DNA from: Candidatus Latescibacterota bacterium
Lineage (GTDB): Bacteria > Latescibacterota > UBA2968 > UBA8231
Assembly: GCA_965203355.1 (NCBI GenBank)
Contig: OZ241889.1
Location: 1,376,001-1,440,000, forward strand
Reading direction: 5' to 3'
Length of the DNA: 64,000 bases
A program made the translations under genes and the position numbers. Numbering within the stretch: the stretch's first letter is position 1; each line of letters starts with the position of its first letter. The notes beneath the pieces were generated by a model. That model saw only the letters and a program-made list of their open reading frames with translations, was not told the origin of the DNA and did not search any database. Positions 56,885 through 64,000 of the stretch are shown piece after piece.

Positions 56885-57460
56885 TCAGGGCGTCTTGCGC
56901 ACGCCTTGGAGGAAGATGTGCATGATGGTATCGACCATCGCATCGACGCTCAGGCCCTTCGCGTGGATCATCACGGAGCGCACCATGTCGCGGAGGATAG
57001 CGGTTGCGACCTTTGGATGCTCAATGGAGAAGACGCCCTGTTCAGTGCCGTTTTGCAGGACCGTTTCGATTGCTGCGAGCTGGATTCGTCGTTCCTCGCG
57101 CCAGCGCGTGCGGTTTTTGCCCCTGCCGCGCTCACTGCCGTCTTCGTGCGACATCAAGCGAAAGAAGAAGCGGTTCTGGTTGAAGAAGGAGACGATGGCG
57201 TGGACCATCCGACGGAGTTCTTCTTCGGGGTCCTGCTGGCGATTCGCCTTGCGCTGGAGTTGCTCGTTGAGCCGGCGGATCCCTTCAAAGACTACCGCAA
57301 AGTACAGCTCTTCCTTGTCGGCAAAGTACGTGTAAATCGTCCCTTTGCCGACGCTGGCCTGCTGGGCAATGTCGTCCATGAGCACTTCGTCAAAGCGCTT
57401 GGCCGAGAAGAGGCGGGCGGCCTCCTCGAGAATGAGCTTTCTGCGATCTATTTTGGCCAT
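56885..57460 (-). CDS. TetR/AcrR family transcriptional regulator
   Basis: ILEEAARLF..MDDIAQQASVGKGTIYTYFADKEEL. Confidence 0.95.
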   Translation of the reverse strand: MAKIDRRKLILEEAARLFSAKRFDEVLMDDIAQQASVGKGTIYTYFADKEELYFAVVFEGIRRLNEQLQRKANRQQDPEEELRRMVHAIVSFFNQNRFFFRLMSHEDGSERGRGKNRTRWREERRIQLAAIETVLQNGTEQGVFSIEHPKVATAILRDMVRSVMIHAKGLSVDAMVDTIMHIFLQGVRKTP

Positions 57461-57589
57461 GGTTGTGAAATTTTACGCTGCATCCACGGCGGCGTACCCC
57501 TTGCCTCTTTTGGTCGGCCAAGCCACATCCCGCAGGAGTTAAATCGTTGCGGATCCACAGCGCGGCTCACTGGAATCCAGCCCTAGCGC

Positions 57590-58222
57590 TTATTCTGCAA
57601 GAAATACATAGCGTTCTAGCTGGGCTAATTCTTTTTTGTCGACGTATTTTGCGATTTGTTTTCTCCATTGTTCGATGCTTTTGTAGGGTCTGTATTCTGC
57701 AAACTCGTGGGCCATGCGCTGGCCGACGCCGGGGATCGTAAGAAAATCTGCTTCGCTAGCCGTGTTCAGTTCGAGCGGCACGAAAACGTACTGTTCTAGC
57801 TGGGCCAGTTCTTTTTTGTCGACGTATTTTGCGATTTGTTTTCTCCATTGTTCGATGCTTTTGTAGGGTCTGTATTCTGCAAACTCGCGGGCCATGCGCT
57901 GGCCGACGCCCGGCACCAGTTTCATCTCGGCGTCGCTGGCGGTATTGAGGTTGATCGGCAGGAAGAGATCGACATACAATTCGGCTTGGACGGAGTCCAC
58001 TAGGGTCGAGTCCAAATAGACGTCGAACGCTTCCATACCGATAAAAGGGCGCCGCTCCATGATCCCCGCGACCAACGCCGAATCGAGTTGTGTTAGGGCC
58101 AATAACTGTTCGGCGTCCGCTCGGTTGGGATTGAGGACCGCTTCGTTTTTGCCGACCTGCCCGTGGGCGTTGCTGCCGTAGAGACAGATGGTCAAAACCG
58201 CTACTGCAATGACGCGCTGCAT
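57590..58222 (-). CDS. Secreted helix-hairpin-helix repeat protein (ComEA-like)
   Basis: Signal peptide; NLNTAS...VPGVGQRMA..F.EYRPY units. Confidence 0.8.
   Translation of the reverse strand: MQRVIAVAVLTICLYGSNAHGQVGKNEAVLNPNRADAEQLLALTQLDSALVAGIMERRPFIGMEAFDVYLDSTLVDSVQAELYVDLFLPINLNTASDAEMKLVPGVGQRMAREFAEYRPYKSIEQWRKQIAKYVDKKELAQLEQYVFVPLELNTASEADFLTIPGVGQRMAHEFAEYRPYKSIEQWRKQIAKYVDKKELAQLERYVFLAE
57613..57910. repeat. Intragenic 118-bp near-identical duplication, 180-bp period
   Basis: 57613-57730 vs 57793-57910, 3 mismatches. Confidence 0.9.
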
Positions 58223-58224
58223 AC

Positions 58225-58665
58225 TTAATTCTCCTTTGTTCGCTTTGGGGTCAGGGACGGGTGTTGGTAAGTATAAAGAAGTCCGATCAGGCCTAGCTGG
58301 ACTAGCGCTCCAGGTGCCAATACTGGCATGGCTCCACCCAGCGATTTGAAAAGAAGTTCCAACCCGCTTAGCGTCGGATACATTTCCAATTCAAATTCCA
58401 TGTTGGCACTAAGATGAAACCAGAGGCCGACCATGCCGCCTAAGACGAAAGCCAGCATGGTCAAGCGGAATAGGCGCAGCACGATCGCGCCCCGGTAGCG
58501 CATCCGCATTGCCAACAAAACCAACCCGAGTGCCAACAAGGCTAGGGGCACCTGTTGACGCCACTCTGCAAAATGACCGAGCAGCCATAGTTCGGTGCCG
58601 AGTCCTACAGTGCCTAAGACAAAAATCAGCAGGATGCCTCGCCGCAGCGATTGGCTAGCGGACAT
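58225..58665 (-). CDS. Hypothetical 4-TM membrane protein
   Basis: ELWLLGHF, GLWFHL..N.EFELE, PVLAPG; 2 nt from the HhH gene. Confidence 0.75.
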   Translation of the reverse strand: MSASQSLRRGILLIFVLGTVGLGTELWLLGHFAEWRQQVPLALLALGLVLLAMRMRYRGAIVLRLFRLTMLAFVLGGMVGLWFHLSANMEFELEMYPTLSGLELLFKSLGGAMPVLAPGALVQLGLIGLLYTYQHPSLTPKRTKEN

Positions 58666-58902
58666 CAATTTTTCCGCTTGCAACGTTTCGTTGCACAAAC
58701 TGGGACCTTGGGCATATCTCGCGCATGGTTGTTCGGTGATGCGGATTTTAAGTAGTGGTACATTTTGAATGAACGCTAGCACCCCAAGATCGACCGAAAA
58801 CGGACCGCGACAACTTGAGATTTCAAAACGCATCGCTACCGGATTTTACCACTGCGACTGGCTCTAAATTAGCGAATCTATTTCGATGTCGTCGATAGCC
58901 TT

Positions 58903-59421
58903 TTACACCATTTCCTCGACCAAGGCTCGGCCCGCTGGATCCAGACGCCGGTAGTCGGGAATCTCGTAGCGGTTGCCGTCGGCGTCTTGCACTAGGACCC
59001 GCCCGCCACCCAACAGGCGCACATCGCTATGCCGGTGGCTGGAATAGATTTCAAAGGCGCGGGGTCCGCGGTCGGTCTCTACCTCCCAGCGCGGCACTCG
59101 GTTGGTCACTGTAACCTTGGCGATGTGCTGGATGCGCGGAGTGAAATAGGCCCGCTCTAATTCGTTTTCCACGGCTTGGCGACTGGCCCGGTCGAGCGCG
59201 CCGAGCCGCGCTAGCGAGCCAATCTCCTGGCCTTGGCGGTCTTGGACGATGATAAAGCAATCGTCGCAACTCAGGGGAAAAGCGCGTTTGACCCGGACCC
59301 TCGAATAGGTCTGATCCCCGGCCAATTCCAAGTTCAAATCCTCGAAAGCATCGACGAAAAACCGCACTTTGTCTGGGTCGAGATAGGCGACTTCAGCGGC
59401 TAACGTATGGCACGGCTGCAT
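58903..59421 (-). CDS. DUF1854 family protein
   Basis: VKRAFPLS, ELERAYFTPRI, WEVETDRGPRAF, DADGNRYEI. Confidence 0.85.
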   Translation of the reverse strand: MQPCHTLAAEVAYLDPDKVRFFVDAFEDLNLELAGDQTYSRVRVKRAFPLSCDDCFIIVQDRQGQEIGSLARLGALDRASRQAVENELERAYFTPRIQHIAKVTVTNRVPRWEVETDRGPRAFEIYSSHRHSDVRLLGGGRVLVQDADGNRYEIPDYRRLDPAGRALVEEMV

Positions 59422-59425
59422 GGTG

Positions 59426-61750
59426 CTACCAAGCCTTCAGTTTGGACATTTCGGTTTGCATGCGGCACAAGTTTGCGTAGATGCCGTCCTGCGCGATCAG
59501 TTCGTCGTGGGTGCCAATCTCGGCGAGTTTGCCCTTGTCGAGGATGAGCAGGCGATGGGCGTTTTTAAGGGTCGATAAGCGATGGGCAATGGCAATGGTG
59601 GTGCGCCCTCGAACGAGCCGCCCCAAGGCCTCCTGAATCTGCGCTTCGGTCTGAGTATCGACGTTGGAGGTGGCTTCGTCGAGGATGAGAATGCGCGGGT
59701 CGCGCAAAATGGCCCGGGCAATGGACAGCCGCTGCCGCTCGCCCCCGGATACGCGGACGCCGCGCTCGCCGACCACGGTGTCGTACCCGTCGGGCATGTT
59801 CATGATGAAGTCGTGTGCATTGGCGGCTTTGGCTGCGGCCAAGATCGATTCGAGGGAAGATTCAGGATGGCCGTAGGCGATGTTCTCGGCCACCGTACCG
59901 TTGAAGAGGAATGGATCCTGCAAGACCACGCCGATCTGTTCGCGCAGCGATTGAAGGTTCACTTGGCGGGCGTCGTGGCCGTCGATGAGGATGGCTCCCG
60001 CCTGCGGCTCGTAGAACCGGCAAATGAGGTTGATTAGGGTGCTCTTGCCCGCGCCGCTGTGCCCGGCTAGGCCGATCATTTCGCCCGGCTCGACGGCGAA
60101 GTTCAAATCCTCGATGACGGGCTTGTCTTGTTCATAGCCGAAGTGGACGCCGCGAAATTCGACCCGGCCCTCGATGGGCGGCATCGTCATAGCGCCGGGC
60201 TGGTCGATCACCTCTGGGTGCGTATCGAGCACGTCAAAGACGCGCTCGGCCGAGGTGGCGGCGCGCTGGAAACGGTGGTTGAGGCGACACAAGCTTTCCA
60301 CCGGCCCGTAGAAGCGATACATGTAACTGGTAAAGGCGACAAAGGCTCCCAGCGTCAGCTCGCCGGCCAGAATATCGCGACCACCGACCCACCAGATGAC
60401 GATGGTGCCGACCGAGGTTATAAAGGCCATGACCGGGCCGAACAGGCTGCGCATCCACGCCACCCGCAGTTCGCCTTGCAGCAGGTCTAGGCTGCGGCCC
60501 TTGAATTTGCCCACTTCTCGTTTTTCTTGGGCAAATGCCTTGACCACGCGCACCCCCGGGATCGTGTCGGCGAGCAGGGCGCTCAGGCTGGCCCAGCGCC
60601 GCCACAATGGCCGGTAGATGGTGTGCAGCTTGCGGCCAAAGCGCATCGTCGCCCACACCAAAAGCGGCGTTGGCAACAACACGAGGGCCGCCAGCCCGGG
60701 ATTGAGCACAAAGAGGATGACGCAGATGATGACCAAGGTCAGTACATCGCGGATGGCTTCTTGCAGACCATCGCTGATAAAATCCTGCAAGCGGCCCACG
60801 TCTTGGGTGACGCTGGCCATGATGCGCCCGGTCTCGTTTTTGTTGTAATAACTAAGCGACAGCGCGTGGAGGTGCGCGTACACCTCGTTGCGCAGGCCGT
60901 AGGTGACGCGCTGGCCAATGCGAGCCATGATATAGCTGCGCAGGCCCGACAAGCCGCTGACGGTTATGTTCATCGCGATCAGCAAGCCCACCAGCCAAGC
61001 CAACGCCGCGACGGGATCGTCCGCGGACACCGGCAAAAGCGCGAGCAGATCAAAGCTCGTCCCAACGCTCATAGACGCCGCGGCACCGGCATTCAAGACG
61101 TCGTCGATGAGAATGCCCATCAGCAGCGGCTGGCCCAAGCCAATGGTCGTGGCCGCCACCATGAGCAGCAGGCTAAAGGCAATGAGCTGCCAATGCGGCT
61201 TGGCATAGCCCAACAGCCGGCACAGCAACTTGCTCTTTTCTAGGCAGGTCGGGCAGGTGCCGTAGTAGCGCGGAATGACTTGGCCGCAGCGGTCGCAGCG
61301 CTTGCGCCCGCTGTGTGCTCCGGCCAACCGCCCGTGGAGCATTTGGCCGTCGGGTTCGGTCGGTTGGGCTTGCTTGACCAAGCGCTCGATCTGATGGGGC
61401 AGCTCGGACAGCGCGGGCACCAAGCTCTTGGAGAATACGGCCATGGTCGCGCCCCGCTCGTCGGTGCGGACCTTGAGTGCCGCCGTGCTCCAATCCTCGC
61501 GCACTTCCACGCCCTTTATTTCGCGTAGAAGTAGGCAGACCACATCGGGCGGGCCGCCGCTGTCGGGGCTGAAGGCGACTAGATGCTTGGCCGTGGCCAT
61601 GAGCCATGCCTCGCCGTACTGGCCGTCGAGCTTAATGTCCGTGGTTACCGCCAAGTGCAGCGCTGCGTCGGGGCCTACTATTTCGGCCAGTTCGCGCCGC
61701 ACCTGCGGCGGCACGGCGTTTTCTGCTATACTGCGTTCAGTTTCGGTCAT
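59426..61750 (-). CDS. ABC exporter (TMD+NBD) with N-terminal accessory domain and CxxC-x10-CxxC
   Basis: CDRC..CPTC, GHSGAGKST, VSGGERQR, ILILDE. Confidence 0.92.
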   Translation of the reverse strand: MTETERSIAENAVPPQVRRELAEIVGPDAALHLAVTTDIKLDGQYGEAWLMATAKHLVAFSPDSGGPPDVVCLLLREIKGVEVREDWSTAALKVRTDERGATMAVFSKSLVPALSELPHQIERLVKQAQPTEPDGQMLHGRLAGAHSGRKRCDRCGQVIPRYYGTCPTCLEKSKLLCRLLGYAKPHWQLIAFSLLLMVAATTIGLGQPLLMGILIDDVLNAGAAASMSVGTSFDLLALLPVSADDPVAALAWLVGLLIAMNITVSGLSGLRSYIMARIGQRVTYGLRNEVYAHLHALSLSYYNKNETGRIMASVTQDVGRLQDFISDGLQEAIRDVLTLVIICVILFVLNPGLAALVLLPTPLLVWATMRFGRKLHTIYRPLWRRWASLSALLADTIPGVRVVKAFAQEKREVGKFKGRSLDLLQGELRVAWMRSLFGPVMAFITSVGTIVIWWVGGRDILAGELTLGAFVAFTSYMYRFYGPVESLCRLNHRFQRAATSAERVFDVLDTHPEVIDQPGAMTMPPIEGRVEFRGVHFGYEQDKPVIEDLNFAVEPGEMIGLAGHSGAGKSTLINLICRFYEPQAGAILIDGHDARQVNLQSLREQIGVVLQDPFLFNGTVAENIAYGHPESSLESILAAAKAANAHDFIMNMPDGYDTVVGERGVRVSGGERQRLSIARAILRDPRILILDEATSNVDTQTEAQIQEALGRLVRGRTTIAIAHRLSTLKNAHRLLILDKGKLAEIGTHDELIAQDGIYANLCRMQTEMSKLKAW

Positions 61751-61751
61751 T

Positions 61752-64000
61752 TCAGGCGTCGACCGTGCGGTGCGATGCGCGCACTACGCGCTTGCACCAC
61801 AGCGCGAGATCGTCCAACAGCGAATAGAGCGTCGGGGCCAGCATCAGGGTCAGCACCGTCGAGGTGGCCAAGCCGCTGGCGACGACCAAGCCCACCGGCC
61901 CCCAGCGGCGGGCAAAGCCCTCAGACGTGCCATAGACCATCGGCAGCACGATCGGCATCAGGTTGAGGATGGTGGTAAAGGCGGTCATCAGGATGGGCCG
62001 GAGTCGGTGCTGGCCGCCGAGGCAGATGGCCTCGCGCCGCGACAGCCCGCTCGCCCGCAGGTGGTTGATATGGGAAATCAACACGATGCCGTTGTTGACG
62101 ACGATGCCGAAGAGGATCAAAAGCCCCAAGGCTCCGTTGTTGTCGAAGGGCACGTCGAGAACATATAGCCCCAAGGCCACGCCGATTAGCGAGAAAGGAA
62201 TGGCGAAGATGATGGTGAAGGGATGGATCAGGGACTCAAAAAGCGAGGCCATGATGAGGTAGATCAGCAGGATGGCAAAAATCGTGGCGAAGTGATTGTC
62301 GCGGGTCTCCTCCCGCTGCCAGCGTGCCGCCCGGCCCAGATCCCAGCTGTAGCCGGGGGGTAGTTGCATCCCTTCCATCATCTCGGTGATCGGCCCCATG
62401 AGCATGCTGGCCGCGTTGCGGTTTTCGGTGTTGGCGAAAATGGTGACGTTGAGCATCCGATTCTCGCGCCTGAGATCGCGGGGGCCGCGGCCCAGCTCGA
62501 AGTCGGCCAACGACGCGAGCTGAACCGAGCTGCCGTCGCGGGTTTCGTAGCGGCTGTTCTTGAGTTGTTCGAGGGTGGCGCGGTCGCCCTCGTTGAGCTG
62601 CATGACGATGTCGATTTCGCGGTCGTCGCTTTTGAAGCCGCTGGTGCGGCGGGTGCCCAAGGCCGCGGAGATGCCTTGGGCGACCTCGCGCGGCGACAGC
62701 CCATAGCCGAGTGCCTGAGCGCGGTTGATCTCGACGCGGACTTCATCTTCGCCGTCTTCGAGGCTGCTATCGACGTCTTGGACCCCAGGTAGTTGTTCGA
62801 GACCGGCTCTGACGTCTTCCATTAGCACCGCTAGGACTTCTGGGTCGCGGCCGTGAAGCTGGACTTCGACGCCGAGTTGGTTGCCGGCCCAACTGCGCGA
62901 GCGGCCCATTTTGTACGTGTATCCCACCTTTTCTGGCAGTAACTGCTTGATCGCGCTGCCCGCTTCCATCGTCGAGAGTCGGCCCGCGTCGGCATCGACG
63001 AGATAGGCGCGAATGCTGCCTCGACGCTGGCCGAAGCTCGTGGAGAGCGATTGAAGGTCGAGCGCGTCTTTTTGTGCCAAAATGAGGTCTTCGAGCTGGT
63101 CGAAGTGTGCGCGGATCGCATCGAGACTGTAGCTGCGATCGATGGTCACCGACACATCCACCCGGCGCTCCGGGGTCCAAGGGGTGCCGCGTTGCTCGAT
63201 CTTGCTGTAGAGGTGATAGCCGGTGCCGGTCAGCGCCACGGTGGCGAACAGGGCGACCCAGCGGTGGTCGAGCGTCCAGTTGAGCAAGCGACCGTACGAG
63301 TAGCGCAGGCCGCGACGGGAGCAATACCAGCCGAGCGCGGCTCCGGCCAGCGCAGCGAGCGCACAGCCGAGGATGGTTTGCCATTGCATCCCACCGATTG
63401 AGGCAGCGATCAGCCCAGACCAGCGGTCCCACCAAGCCTGCAAGCCGCTCCAGCCCAAGTCGCTGATTTGCCAGTAGGCGATGCCTACCGCGACTGCGAC
63501 GACCAGCAACTTGAGCCAGCGGTCGAAGCGCTCAACCCCAGCGCGAAGCAGCCGCGAGGACACCAGCGGGATCAGCGATAATGAGACGATCATCGACACC
63601 ATCACGGCGAGGCATATCGCGATCCCGGCGTCCTTCATCCACATGGCCGAGCGGCCATCGGAGAGAAAGAAGAAAGGCACGAAGACGCAGATCGTCGTCA
63701 GCGCCGAGGCTAGCACGGCCATGCCGACTTCGCGGCTGCCGACGCGGGCCGCTTCAGCGGCGTCGAGGCCGTCCTCTTGGCGGCGGCGAAAGATGCTCTC
63801 CAGCACCACCACCGCTGGATCGACCAACATCCCCACCGCCAGCATCAGCCCCATCATCGAGACCATGTTGAGGGTGATGGTCGATTCAAAGACCTCGCGT
63901 GCGACGTACATGCCGATAAAGACGCACAGGGCCGAGGTGGGGATGGCGAGGGCGATGACGATGGTCGAGCGGATGTTGCGCAGAAAGGCGAAGATGATGA
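61752..64000 (-). CDS. RND efflux transporter permease (AcrB family), 5' end outside the window
   Basis: AVGMLVDPAVVVLESI, SLFESL.HP, GIVVNNGIVL, RLRPILMT; frame open at the window edge. Confidence 0.92.
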   Translation of the reverse strand, partial: IIFAFLRNIRSTIVIALAIPTSALCVFIGMYVAREVFESTITLNMVSMMGLMLAVGMLVDPAVVVLESIFRRRQEDGLDAAEAARVGSREVGMAVLASALTTICVFVPFFFLSDGRSAMWMKDAGIAICLAVMVSMIVSLSLIPLVSSRLLRAGVERFDRWLKLLVVAVAVGIAYWQISDLGWSGLQAWWDRWSGLIAASIGGMQWQTILGCALAALAGAALGWYCSRRGLRYSYGRLLNWTLDHRWVALFATVALTGTGYHLYSKIEQRGTPWTPERRVDVSVTIDRSYSLDAIRAHFDQLEDLILAQKDALDLQSLSTSFGQRRGSIRAYLVDADAGRLSTMEAGSAIKQLLPEKVGYTYKMGRSRSWAGNQLGVEVQLHGRDPEVLAVLMEDVRAGLEQLPGVQDVDSSLEDGEDEVRVEINRAQALGYGLSPREVAQGISAALGTRRTSGFKSDDREIDIVMQLNEGDRATLEQLKNSRYETRDGSSVQLASLADFELGRGPRDLRRENRMLNVTIFANTENRNAASMLMGPITEMMEGMQLPPGYSWDLGRAARWQREETRDNHFATIFAILLIYLIMASLFESLIHPFTIIFAIPFSLIGVALGLYVLDVPFDNNGALGLLILFGIVVNNGIVLISHINHLRASGLSRREAICLGGQHRLRPILMTAFTTILNLMPIVLPMVYGTSEGFARRWGPVGLVVASGLATSTVLTLMLAPTLYSLLDDLALWCKRVVRASHRTVDA

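Noticed and set aside
1-64000. Genome-wide UGA reassignment (code 4/25) as the explanation for in-frame TGAs
   Set aside because: Many conserved genes here end at TGA at the expected C-terminus (murD, murB, hisI, permeases)

Overview
GC-rich bacterial chromosomal window with no rRNA, tRNA or CRISPR array recognised. The FlgD/T9SS-like secreted protease, the PhyH-HEAT protein and the sulfatase suggest an FCB-associated lineage such as Latescibacterota or Gemmatimonadota (inference only). Housekeeping genes (dut, argC, tatD, murD, murB, cysH, glcF, hisI, pncA-pncB-nadE, Wza/Wzz-like export genes, a MacAB-type exporter, an RND pump) alternate with small accessory insertions. Main observations: (1) Two probable selenoproteins are broken at UGA in the ORF track, each with a hairpin just 3' of the UGA. 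One is a DUF5069-like protein (YVFP-U-PAD) coupled to an FNR-type reductase; the other is an ArsC-like UxxC protein directly after APS reductase. (2) A defence hotspot contains a type I R-M system with an HsdM-HsdS fusion split by a 928-bp IS5-family element, a Fic-HTH gene with two palindromic operators, and a HicB/HicA'/AAA-ATPase/DUF3226 cassette bounded by 97-bp direct repeats. (3) A lower-GC, translationally coupled three-gene module ends in a possible ADP-ribosyltransferase/RES-like toxin. (4) A 2-kb lipoprotein insertion with a 7-bp target duplication splits pncA-pncB. (5) Three Zn-ribbon ABC exporters are paired with DUF1854 genes. Family assignments come from motif recognition, not database searches.
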